DNA of 22,140 nucleotides from Fastidiosibacter lacustris (GTDB lineage Bacteria; Pseudomonadota; Gammaproteobacteria; Francisellales; Francisellaceae): contig NZ_QLIR01000026.1 of the NCBI RefSeq assembly GCF_003428155.1, forward strand, positions 1-22,140, given 5' to 3'. The stretch's first letter is position 1. Each line of letters opens with the position of its first letter. Both the position numbers and the translations under genes were made by a program. The notes below the pieces were generated by a model. That model worked only from the letters and a program-made list of their open reading frames with translations, searched no databases and was not told the DNA's origin. Shown here one piece after another: positions 1 through 7,921 of this stretch.

Positions 1-8
1 GAGAGTTA

Positions 9-123
9 CCTGATGATAATAGCGACTGTGAACCACCTGAATCCATTCCGAACTCAGAAGTGAAAACAGTTAGCGTCGATGATAGTGTGGCATTCGTCAT
101 GTGAAAGTAGAACATCATCAGGT
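9..123 (+). rRNA. rrf: 5S ribosomal RNA, complete; the window starts in the 23S-5S spacer
   Basis: Colinear with E. coli 5S. It contains CCACCTGA..CCATTCCGAACTCAGAAGTGAAA...TAGCG.CGATG.TAGTGTGG. The closing helix I is CCTGATGAT (9-17) paired with ATCATCAGG (113-121). A T6 run at 123-128 follows directly, so helix I plus the T-run may also terminate the rrn operon. Confidence 0.9.
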
Positions 124-241
124 TTTTTATTTGTCATTAGTTTATCAATACGATAAAAACGACCCTTCCCTCTTTAACTTTTTTAAAATATCCTGTATAC
201 AAGGGTAGCGAATCAAATTGTACTATTAATTATTTTTTGAC

Positions 242-1087
242 TTAGGAAACAATATCGTAGGCTATTATCCAATCTCTTTTTTCTGGAATATATACGTTTT
301 TCATTTCACTACAAAAAATTTTTTCGGTATTTTTCAATCTATTATTGAAATCTTTTGAAAAATTTAAACCATCAGATTCTAATAGTCGTGCATATATTTT
401 TTGTGCAGTATCTTGAGATATAGCATAAAATTGTTTAATCTGGTCAATAGTTTGTTCAGCGTTATTTAGTATAGATGCTAAAAGTTCGTGATAAATAGTT
501 ATAAATTTATTGACTCTACTCTGATTTTTTATAAACCATTTTTGTCTGGTATTTGCAATTAACCCTTGATATTCACCAAGGTGCTTATAAAGATTTGTCA
601 GACAGTTTACATTTGGCATGACACAAAAAGGAGGGTTTAATAACGTTGCATCTAATTGACCATTAATTAGTTTTTTGTAACGAATATTTGTTGCACCGGA
701 TTTTAGCCATTTTAATTGATTATAATCTTGGGTGCTCAACGTTGTCTTAAGGTAAGTCCTCAAAGCTCGAGCATAACCACTGTCGGTATCAATACCAATA
801 TTAACTTGGTTTAGCTTAAAATTAATATTTCCACATAAATCAAGTATCCCACCATGAATTGGCATAAACGCTCTAATATCATGGAATTTTTTTTCAAAGT
901 AAATAGATAAGGTATCATCGTATGACATGAAAACGATATCAGCTCTTTTGTCTATTAAGTCTTGATGGCTTTCATTAGCGTTTTTAACGTATTTAATTTC
1001 AATATCTGCTTGGTAACGTTTTTGTAACGTTTCTAAAATGAAAGCCGATATATCTTTAAAAGTTGAAATTTTTAATGCTTCATTCAT
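242..1087 (-). CDS. Hypothetical cytoplasmic protein, possibly a periplasmic-binding-protein type 2 (NMT1/THI5/SsuA-like) fold
   Basis: 281-aa ORF with no signal peptide. The alternating beta-alpha pattern and length resemble NMT1/THI5-like substrate-binding domains, but I recognise no diagnostic motif. It lies 22 nt downstream of the YoaK-like gene on the same strand, so they are probably an operon. Confidence 0.35.
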   Translation of the reverse strand: MNEALKISTFKDISAFILETLQKRYQADIEIKYVKNANESHQDLIDKRADIVFMSYDDTLSIYFEKKFHDIRAFMPIHGGILDLCGNINFKLNQVNIGIDTDSGYARALRTYLKTTLSTQDYNQLKWLKSGATNIRYKKLINGQLDATLLNPPFCVMPNVNCLTNLYKHLGEYQGLIANTRQKWFIKNQSRVNKFITIYHELLASILNNAEQTIDQIKQFYAISQDTAQKIYARLLESDGLNFSKDFNNRLKNTEKIFCSEMKNVYIPEKRDWIIAYDIVS

Positions 1088-1109
1088 ATTTCTAACCTTT
1101 TTTAGATAA

Positions 1110-1757
1110 TTAATTTATGTGAGTTAATGGTTTATTATGCGTCCAATACAAATAAATTAAAATAGGGATAATAATAAGTATTGTATAAAAATCCCATAAA
1201 ATGGTTAAAAATGCACCGATTGTTAGTCCCAGAACAAAGCTGATTATGGTTGTACTGATAAGTACTAAATCAAAATAACGTTTTTCAGCGAACATATGTG
1301 CAAGGTTTAATAAATTCATAGTATAGGCAACTAGATTAATTTTGGTTGAATGAAAGCGATAAAAGACGTTATTCGTAATAATACTCATAATGGTAGCTAT
1401 ATTCGCAACAATTAAAAATCCTAAGCTATCTTCCTGTAAGTGACCACTAGTTAGGGCGACCCTCCCAGCAAAGCAATAGATTATCACAAATCCTAAAGAT
1501 AAAATAATACGGAACTTAACACTTTTTTTAACCAACAAATTATGAACAACTATCCCTGAAATAACAAAGTTGATAAGTAAAGTTGCTCTTACCATGTCAG
1601 TAAATTGAGGGTTAGTTGCCATATCTGCAATAAAATAAATAATATTACCTGTCATTAACACTACAAAAACTTTATATAGCATAATGACGGAAATAGCATC
1701 GTTAACACCATTAATAAAAGCTAGTTGATAATAGTTAATTAAATCTCGTTTATTCAT
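1110..1757 (-). CDS. YoaK/DUF1275-family inner-membrane protein
   Basis: 215 aa with about 6 hydrophobic helices. The N-terminal MTGN motif (VVLMTGNIIY) is characteristic of DUF1275/YoaK proteins. Confidence 0.6.
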   Translation of the reverse strand: MNKRDLINYYQLAFINGVNDAISVIMLYKVFVVLMTGNIIYFIADMATNPQFTDMVRATLLINFVISGIVVHNLLVKKSVKFRIILSLGFVIIYCFAGRVALTSGHLQEDSLGFLIVANIATIMSIITNNVFYRFHSTKINLVAYTMNLLNLAHMFAEKRYFDLVLISTTIISFVLGLTIGAFLTILWDFYTILIIIPILIYLYWTHNKPLTHIN

Positions 1758-2128
1758 GATTGATCTACTCTAATTTGGGACACTTTTGAGTTTCCGACTC
1801 AATTGTACATTCAAACTGTTTTAGAGTCGTATAATTTATCATTCAATGTAGCCTTGTTTCTTTACTCCAATTAGACGCTGTCCAAACGGTCTAAACTAAC
1901 CACTAAAATAGCCAAAATAAATCACAGTAAATTTTAGTGAGTGATTAAAACCTTTGAAATGGATACCATTATTTTCAGTCTAAATAATTTTGTTATTTAA
2001 ATTAACAAATATTTATAAAAATAGATAGCATAAATATGTAATTAGGTTGATTTAATTAAAAAAGATTTGAAAGCTTGCAATCCTTAAATTGAAATATATT
2101 TTGAAAAAACTAAAAAAAGGATTGCAGG

Positions 2129-2445
2129 ATGGATTATCACATAAGTGATGAAGTTTGGAAAAAGATGTATATGTTTTTACAAACAATAAAAGGCATACAC
2201 GTTTAAAATGCTGACAATATTCGTTGGCGCTTTACAGAGACTTTTTCGTACTGGCTTTACAAACACTAAGCTGAACGAAAAATATGGGAAAGTATGATGA
2301 TCAATTTTAGTGATGCAGATTTGCAAGATACCATGCTTGATTCAACTATTGTAATAGCACATGCTCTTGTGCAGCAGGTTATGAAAAGCATGGCAGCGAT
2401 GCTCAAGCGCTTGGTAGAGGCAAAGGAGTTTCATTAGTATGATAA
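2129..2445 (+). pseudogene. IS5-family transposase, N-terminal remnant with several stops and frameshifts
   Basis: MDYHISDEVWKKMYMFLQTIKGIHV* is followed, across frame changes, by ..RW..W..KIWE...DADLQDTMLDSTIVIAH.. and ..AAGYEKHGSDAQALGRGKG... This matches the conserved IS5-family N-terminal layout (ISDE.W, GIWE, IDST.V.AH, QALGRS.GG). Confidence 0.7.
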
Positions 2446-2467
2446 AGGAATTTACAAAGAGAGGCAG

Positions 2468-2558
2468 AGGGCTTCCTGCAGAGCTCTCCATTTTTCCCTG
2501 TTTTGTAATTGCCACATCCTCTCAAACCCTAATGTCAATCCAACTCAAGAAATTCTGG
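2468..2558 (+). repeat. Left terminal inverted repeat of the Tn3-family element (38-bp core plus extended homology)
   Basis: AGGGCTTCCTGCAGAGCTCTCCATTTTTCCCTGTTTT... aligns with the reverse complement of 4782-4873 (GGGGTTTCCTGCAGAGCCCTCCATTTTTCCCTGTTTT...). By eye, 34 of the first 37 positions are identical. Weaker similarity continues to about 90 bp. Confidence 0.75.
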
Positions 2559-2636
2559 GATCAGTTGAAATCAGCTTTATGCCTATCTCAATAGGGATAG
2601 TGTCAATAGGAGTGTATAGTTTATGAGTTATATTTA

Positions 2637-3167
2637 CTACTCTACTTGACGCTTATTGATGATTGTAGAGCATAGTTGATTTTGCCCATCAAAGTTTAAT
2701 CTTATCAAGCTAGATGAGTGCTCATCGTCATACTTAGTTACATCGTTTATATTATTATTTTTTATTTCAAGTTGAATATGTACAACACTACTGCCCGTAA
2801 CTTTAGTATTTAAAAGCGTATATTTGGTTGAATATTGAAAAACATAGCATGAATCATTACTTCTAGATGCTATAAATATAAAATAAGAATCCTCTGTATT
2901 GCCTTCATTAAGGTAAGGCTCAATCTTTTCATATCCATATTTGTAATTATCTTTTAAAGCAGCAGGTTTCAAGATATATAACTTAAAGTTTTCATAGTTG
3001 TGATGAACTATTTGCTCATTCACAGGCTGTAGCAAAACAGGCTCAGAATCATTGATTTTAATATCAAAGCTTAAATTACTTTCTTTGTATTCAGATGAGT
3101 ATGCACTGCTGCATAAAAATAAATATAAAACTCCCACGTAAAGATAGTGGAAAAGCTTTCCTAGCAT
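2637..3167 (-). CDS. Secreted hypothetical protein (transposon passenger, third gene)
   Basis: 176 aa with an N-terminal signal-like segment, MLGKLFHYLYVGVLYLFLCSSAYS|SEY. The mature part looks beta-rich and is rich in Asn, Lys and Tyr, with no family recognised. Its ATG overlaps the upstream stop by 7 nt (caATGcTAG), which suggests translational coupling. Confidence 0.55.
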   Translation of the reverse strand: MLGKLFHYLYVGVLYLFLCSSAYSSEYKESNLSFDIKINDSEPVLLQPVNEQIVHHNYENFKLYILKPAALKDNYKYGYEKIEPYLNEGNTEDSYFIFIASRSNDSCYVFQYSTKYTLLNTKVTGSSVVHIQLEIKNNNINDVTKYDDEHSSSLIRLNFDGQNQLCSTIINKRQVE

Positions 3168-3442
3168 TGAGGTTCACCATCTGTCATCGATACTAATTGC
3201 CAGTTATATTTGTGACCTGTTGTGTATAATGCGTGAGCAGGAGTACACTTTTTACCAAATGATGCTGTGTATCCGTCGTTATGTCTTAAAACAACATTAA
3301 AACTAATTGGTTTGCTGCATTTATTGACTATCACCCACGTATTGCCATATTCAGTACTAACATATGCTCCAACACAACCTATATTTTTAAGGTTTTTGCT
3401 AGAGGTAAAAAATATTTGCTCTTGTTGCATAATTTTATCCAA
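3161..3442 (-). CDS. Cys-containing hypothetical protein (passenger, second ORF), possibly the C-terminal part of a gene split by an in-frame stop
   Basis: 93-aa ORF with no signal peptide and 4 Cys, including the C-terminal residue. The called start at 3442 is TTG, the first ATG is at 3430, and neither has a convincing SD. It is in the same frame as ORF 3449-3646 and separated from it only by TAA plus 2 codons. Confidence 0.45.
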   Translation of the reverse strand: MDKIMQQEQIFFTSSKNLKNIGCVGAYVSTEYGNTWVIVNKCSKPISFNVVLRHNDGYTASFGKKCTPAHALYTTGHKYNWQLVSMTDGEPQC

Positions 3443-3448
3443 TTCGTT

Positions 3449-3646
3449 TTAACTCAGGATAGTTGGTTCACCCAAGCTAACCTCTCTAACTTCAGTTGGA
3501 TTTATTTGATATTTACTTAACGTCTCCATTAATACGGGATTATTGTAAGGTAAAACACTTTGGTTGCCTGCAAAAGCACTGACTGCAGCAGCTGAAAGTA
3601 TGCTTATAAGCGCCAATGATGAGCATGCTTTTTTAAAAGAACTCAT
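3449..3646 (-). CDS. Small secreted peptide, or N-terminal signal-peptide part of a split gene (passenger, first ORF)
   Basis: 65 aa with a classical signal peptide, MSSFKKACSSLALISILSAAAVSAFA|GNQ. A strong SD, GGGAGA, lies 6 nt upstream of the ATG. Confidence 0.55.
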   Translation of the reverse strand: MSSFKKACSSLALISILSAAAVSAFAGNQSVLPYNNPVLMETLSKYQINPTEVREVSLGEPTILS

Positions 3647-3674
3647 TTCTTCTGTCTCCCTGTGTTAGATTTAG

Positions 3675-3715
3675 TAAAAACTAGTTTCCGGAGAAACGCT
3701 AACATAAAAACTAGT
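3675..3715 (-). promoter_or_regulatory. Putative promoter/operator region of the passenger operon with two exact 11-bp direct repeats
   Basis: TAAAAACTAGT occurs at 3675-3685 and again at 3705-3715, exactly 30 bp apart. Each copy contains the palindrome ACTAGT. They lie 29-69 nt upstream of the ATG at 3646. Confidence 0.35.
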
Positions 3716-3737
3716 CCCTCGCAACATGAGCAGTATT

Positions 3738-3888
3738 TTATCTGATTACTATTTTTTTAACGTTTGATCTAGCTTTTAAATACTTGTAAAGCGTTGTACG
3801 AGAAATATTAAGTTGCTTGGCAATTTCTTCAGTTGTGAGTTCTTTTTGATTGTAAAGTGCTTCAGCAAATTGATGAGTTATATCACAT
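3738..3888 (-). pseudogene. tnpR: Serine recombinase (Tn3-type resolvase) C-terminal HTH stub
   Basis: The minus-strand translation is ..FAEALYNQKELTTEEIAKQLNISRTTLYKYLKARSNVKKIVIR*. This is the typical resolvase/invertase C-terminal helix-turn-helix. The catalytic N-terminal domain is absent. Confidence 0.7.
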
Positions 3889-3894
3889 CCCTAG

Positions 3895-4829
3895 ATTTTC
3901 GTTAAAAACATTAAATCGCGCTACTCAAAGAAATATTTTGGTGATTCTCCTGGAATTTCTGTTGTATCTCTTGTGGCTAACCATGTCCCAATCAATGCTC
4001 GATTAATAGGGTGTAATGAACATGAAAGTCATTTTGCTTTTGATCTGGTATACAACAATACTTCACAAATCAAAATTGATATGCTTACTGGCGATAATCA
4101 TACAGTAAATCAGATTAATTATGTCGCACTTGATGCAATAGATATTGAGTTTGTGCCAAGTATAAAAAATATTCGAGAAGCCTCTGCGTTTCTTTACTGT
4201 ACGCGTGATTTAGATATATATAAAGGGTTAATCTCGCCAAAAGGAAAAGTTGATCTTGCTCTTAATTAAGAGTCAAAAACGTGAAATTATCAGAGTGCTT
4301 CTTTCACTTATACTTCAACATAATACACAGGCGGTTATCGTTAAAAAATTGTCATCACACAAGCGGAACATACGTTTAAAGTCGGCATTATGGGAGTACA
4401 ACAAAATACTCAAAACAATACACATTTTAAACCTGATTAATGATGAATCTCTTCGACAGAAATTAAGAAGAGCAAGAAACAGAACCGAGTCATATCATCA
4501 GCTCCAACGCATTATTAGAAAGGTGCATGATGGCTTGTTTAGAGGCAATAAAACAATTGATAACTGTGTTTATATTTAGGCATCAAGACTCATTGCCAAC
4601 TGTGTAATTGCTTACAATTCAATCTTATTATCGAATATATATTAAACTGGTCGAAAAATACGGGGAAGATAAAGCTAAGTAAATCATAAATCGTATATCG
4701 CCAGTAGCATGGCAACATATTAACGTTACTGGAAGATACAAGTTTATGTCCCAGGATTATGCGCCTGATATTGAAGTAATATCAAAATTCCTTGAAAGTA
4801 AGCTGACATCGCACTTTGAGAAGGGGTGA
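3895..4829 (+). pseudogene. tnpA: Tn3-family DDE transposase, last third only, multiply disrupted
   Basis: The remnant is colinear with the Tn3 TnpA C-terminus. Matching segments are KYFGDSPGIS..ESHFAFDLVYNNTS..LTGDNHTVNQINYVALDAIDIEFVPSIKNI, ..RRARNRTESYHQLQRII.., ..ASRLIANCVIAYNSILLS.. and ..ISPVAWQHINVTGRYKF. Disruptions are a frameshift near 4250-4269, an in-frame TAG at 4577-4579, a frameshift near 4643 and an in-frame TAA at 4680-4682. The final TGA at 4827-4829 lies inside IR-R. Confidence 0.8.
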
Positions 4830-4873
4830 AAATTGAAAAACAGGGAAAAATGGAGGGCTCTGCAGGAAACCCC
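4782..4873 (-). repeat. Right terminal inverted repeat of the Tn3-family element
   Basis: The plus strand ends ...CTGCAGGAAACCCC at 4873. The reverse complement starts GGGGTTTCCTGCAGAGCCC and matches 2468-2558. Confidence 0.75.
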
Positions 4874-4875
4874 AG

Positions 4876-4997
4876 CCCAGGCACCTAATTGAGTGCTTTT
4901 TTCTAAGCTGAAACACTTTCGCAGAGTTTTTTCTAGATTTGATAAAACAAGGATCAGTTTCAGTGGTTTTTTGCACATTTCGGGAAGTTTAATATGA
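4876..4997 (+). pseudogene. IS5-family transposase, C-terminal remnant with a frameshift in a T-run near 4897-4902
   Basis: PRHLIECFF is followed, after the frameshift, by SKLKHFRRVFSRFDKTRISFSGFLHISGSLI*. This matches the conserved IS5-family C-terminus (RN.IE.FF..LK.FR.IATRYDK....F.....LA....W). Confidence 0.7.
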
Positions 4998-5062
4998 CTG
5001 CAAAACACTGATTAGATTAGCAAACAAAAATGCAAACAGTAAATCCATGTATGAATCGGACT

Positions 5063-6514
5063 CTAAACATTATATCCAGAAGATGAAACATTGCTATTAG
5101 AGCCAATCCAATCAGTGTGGAAAAATTGACCATATGCTTTGTCTAAACGCTCATAAGTATGTGCGCCAAAATAGTCACGTTGTGCCTGGAGTAAATTTGC
5201 CGGTAGCCTAGCTGTAGTAAAACCATCAAAAAAACTTAATGCAGAAGTTAATGCAGGCATAGCAATACCAGTTTCTATACCTTTAGCAACGATTCGCCTT
5301 ACACTTGGTAATGCTTTTTGAACAAGAGATTTAAAATAGTCATCAAATAACAAATTTTGTAATTGGGGGCTACGATCAAAAGCAGCTTTTATTTTTTCTA
5401 AAAATATACTACGAATAATACAACCTTCACGCCACATAAGCGCAATATCACCATAATTAAGTATCCAATTGTATGTTTGGGAGGCTTCTTGCATAAGCAT
5501 ATAACCTTGCGCATAGGAGATGATTTTGGCAAATAGGAGTGATTGTTGTAAATCGTGTAATAGTGCGCTAGAAATAGGGGTATGTGGGTAAGCTTTCTTG
5601 CCATAAAAACGCTCTGCTTGTAGGCGAGTATTTTTTTGAGCTGAAATACAACGTGCAAAAACACTTTCTGCAATTAAGGTCAAAGGTATACCTAAATCAA
5701 GTGCATTAATGCCTGTCCATTTGCCAGTACCTTTCTGTCCAGCGGTATCTAAAATCCGATCAATAACATAGCCTTCCTTATCTTGAAACTTCAAGATATT
5801 GGCAGTGATTTCAATTAAATAACTATTAAGTTCCGTTTGATTCCAGTTGGTAAAAATAGCAGATAAGTGTTCATTATCTAGCTCAAGCAAGTCTTTCATA
5901 AATTGATAAGCTTCGCATATTAGCTGCATATCACCATATTCAATTCCATTATGTACCATTTTAACAAAGTGTCCTGCACCTCCAGAGCCAACCCATTCAC
6001 AACAGGCTTCACCATTTGGTGTTTTAGCAGCAATTGCTTTAAAGATAGGTTTAATTGTGGGCCATGCTTCCATCATACCACCAGGCATCATTGAAGGTCC
6101 AAAACGCGCTCCTTCTTCACCGCCTGAAACCCCTGTACCGATAAAGTAAATTCCTTTTTTCTTTAATGTTTTTACACGACGTTCGGTATCTGCAAAGTTG
6201 GAATTGCCACCATCGATAATAACATCGCCTTGATCAAGTTGAGGAATTAAGCTATCAATAAATTGATCGACAACTTCTCCTGCTTTTACCATCAACATCA
6301 CTTTACGTGGTTTTTTGAGTTTTGAAAGCATATCTTTAATCGAATAGGCACCAATAATATTTGTACCTTTAGCATTGCCATTTAGAAATTCATCCACTTT
6401 ACTGGTTGTGCGATTGTAAGCAACAACTGTAAACCCATGATCATTCATATTGAGAATCAAGTTTTGACCCATCACTGCTAAGCCAACAACGGCAATGTCT
6501 CCTTTTTGCTGCAT
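5063..6514 (-). CDS. gnd: 6-phosphogluconate dehydrogenase, decarboxylating
   Basis: 483 aa. The N-terminal Rossmann motif is IAVVGLAVMGQNLILN. It also contains GTGVSGGEEGAR, GAGHFVKMVHNGIEYGDMQLI and RDYFGAHTYER, all hallmark Gnd motifs. Confidence 0.95.
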   Translation of the reverse strand: MQQKGDIAVVGLAVMGQNLILNMNDHGFTVVAYNRTTSKVDEFLNGNAKGTNIIGAYSIKDMLSKLKKPRKVMLMVKAGEVVDQFIDSLIPQLDQGDVIIDGGNSNFADTERRVKTLKKKGIYFIGTGVSGGEEGARFGPSMMPGGMMEAWPTIKPIFKAIAAKTPNGEACCEWVGSGGAGHFVKMVHNGIEYGDMQLICEAYQFMKDLLELDNEHLSAIFTNWNQTELNSYLIEITANILKFQDKEGYVIDRILDTAGQKGTGKWTGINALDLGIPLTLIAESVFARCISAQKNTRLQAERFYGKKAYPHTPISSALLHDLQQSLLFAKIISYAQGYMLMQEASQTYNWILNYGDIALMWREGCIIRSIFLEKIKAAFDRSPQLQNLLFDDYFKSLVQKALPSVRRIVAKGIETGIAMPALTSALSFFDGFTTARLPANLLQAQRDYFGAHTYERLDKAYGQFFHTDWIGSNSNVSSSGYNV

Positions 6515-6634
6515 TCATGCACTCCAAAACGATAGAAAAACAATATGCTAGGCATTGTAAAGCTTTGATTTGGTAAGATAAAGGCTTTTATTAAGAATGG
6601 AAAAAAGTAACAAGGTAAAAACAAAAGTGATTTT

Positions 6635-6994
6635 CTATTGTTCAGATGCTTTAATTTGGTATTTTTTTACGATTTGACCGCCAATAATGTGAGATTGAAT
6701 GATTTCTTCTAATACTTCTGGCGTACAAGAGTGATACCAAATGCCATCTGGATAAACAACAGCAATTGGTCCTTGGATGCAGATACGAAAACAGTTTGCC
6801 TTGGTACGATATACTTCACCATGTTGTGACAGTCTAAGTTCAGATAGACGTTTTTTAAGATATTTCCAAGAAACCATTGAATCTTCTTTGTTACAGCACT
6901 TATCAATGCTTTGATCACAGCATAAAAAAATATGCCGTTTTATGTTTTGAATGCCAAGTAAATGCGCTTTTTTGGCAGCTAAATTATCTTCCAT
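6635..6994 (-). CDS. Thioredoxin-like [2Fe-2S] ferredoxin-family protein
   Basis: 119 aa. It has a Cys cluster ([12 protein letters not shown] ... CFRIC) followed by [16 protein letters not shown]....I...H, the pattern of the TRX-like 2Fe-2S ferredoxin family. It lies 10 nt downstream of lysO. Confidence 0.6.
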   Translation of the reverse strand: MEDNLAAKKAHLLGIQNIKRHIFLCCDQSIDKCCNKEDSMVSWKYLKKRLSELRLSQHGEVYRTKANCFRICIQGPIAVVYPDGIWYHSCTPEVLEEIIQSHIIGGQIVKKYQIKASEQ

Positions 6995-7004
6995 GCTATG
7001 TCCT

Positions 7005-7919
7005 TTAAAATGGAATGAGGTTAAACATAGGAATTAAAATAGGTGTAGCAAGGGTTAAAACAAAGCCGCTACTGATGGCAATAGGTACTGCACTAATGCC
7101 AATATGATCTTTGATAACTGGTAGTGTAAAATCCATCGCTGTTGCACCACAGTAACTTACAAGTTCAGTTGGCATGTGTTTTGCTAGTATGGGAATAATA
7201 ATGATAGCAATAATTTCACGTGAAAAATCGATAAAAAATGTCATGGTACCAAAATGAGCATCAATGAGTTGTGCATTTAAGATACTTGCTAAACTATACC
7301 AACCAAAACCACTGCTAAGCATCAATGCGTGACCTGTGGAGATATTGAAAATAAAACTCAATATTATTCCACTAATCAATGAACTTAGGATAAGAATAAT
7401 TGCTATCATGATACCTACTTTGTTTTTTAGGATTTGGGCTAATGAGTGACCCTCACGTCGCATTTGGACACCAATAATAAATAGCGTTAAGATCAAAATG
7501 CCATCAATCATGAGTTCAATGTAAGGAAAAGGTTTGTTAATAAATAAGCCAAGTAAGCTACCAATAATAAGATAACTAAGGTATTTGCAACTTTCTAAAA
7601 TAGGCTTAACTGGATTAGTAGATTTGATAAATTGAGTATGAGCTACCAGTGCATGTTTGGGTTTTATTTTTAGGTAAAGCGTTACGGCAAAAATATTAAC
7701 AAAGAACAAAGTAACAATAAAGCTTAGTACAATAGCAAGTATTGCTAGAAGTTCACCTTTTAAATGATAAATAAGCTCACCAAAGTTATAACCCATCACA
7801 GTAATAATCAGGCTAATCATCATTGATAAGAGTTTACTCATTACTTTGTTGGATAAGTGTTTAACGTTAATAAAATAACCTAAGACCAAAGCAAATAGAA
7901 TAATAATTGCCTGAAGCAT
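7005..7919 (-). CDS. lysO: Lysine exporter LysO (YbjE, DUF340) family membrane protein
   Basis: 304 aa, polytopic and colinear with E. coli YbjE. It includes SGFGWYSL and [12 protein letters not shown] (E. coli: SGFGWYSLS and CGATSMDFTLPV). Confidence 0.8.
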   Translation of the reverse strand: MLQAIIILFALVLGYFINVKHLSNKVMSKLLSMMISLIITVMGYNFGELIYHLKGELLAILAIVLSFIVTLFFVNIFAVTLYLKIKPKHALVAHTQFIKSTNPVKPILESCKYLSYLIIGSLLGLFINKPFPYIELMIDGILILTLFIIGVQMRREGHSLAQILKNKVGIMIAIILILSSLISGIILSFIFNISTGHALMLSSGFGWYSLASILNAQLIDAHFGTMTFFIDFSREIIAIIIIPILAKHMPTELVSYCGATAMDFTLPVIKDHIGISAVPIAISSGFVLTLATPILIPMFNLIPF

Positions 7920-7921
7920 CG

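Larger units (their letters stand above)
2468..4873. mobile_element. Decayed Tn3-family transposon: IR-L, 3-ORF passenger operon, tnpR stub, tnpA remnant, IR-R
   Basis: It is bounded by inverted repeats that begin GGGGT on the right and AGGGC (first G mutated) on the left. It contains resolvase and Tn3-type transposase remnants in the divergent Tn3 arrangement. The tnpA reading frame ends inside IR-R, as in Tn3. Confidence 0.7.

Noticed and set aside
124-241. Possible tRNA or terminator hairpin between the 5S rRNA and the convergent 281-aa ORF (ACCCTT ... AAGGGT)
   Set aside because: There is only a 6-bp stem with a loop of about 35 nt and no cloverleaf features. The T-run directly after 5S helix I is the more credible terminator.
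2075-2126. Perfect 10-bp inverted repeat TGCAATCCTT ... AAGGATTGCA ending 2 nt before the IS5-like ATG, considered as the IS terminal repeat
   Set aside because: Both arms are at the same end of the element, so this is a local hairpin and not a terminal IR pair. I could not find a convincing matching repeat beyond the IS C-terminal remnant (4998-5062). It may be a translational or transcriptional attenuator of the dead transposase, but that cannot be supported.
3267-3452. 61-aa plus-strand ORF antisense to the 93-aa passenger ORF
   Set aside because: It has no SD and a hydrophobic, low-information sequence. The minus-strand ORFs form a coherent coupled operon with a real SD and signal peptides.
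4757-5008. Minus-strand ORFs of 83 and 64 aa across the Tn3 IR-R and the IS5 C-terminal remnant
   Set aside because: The plus strand of this stretch is explained by the tnpA tail, the terminal IR and the IS5-family C-terminus. The minus-strand ORFs have no features of their own.
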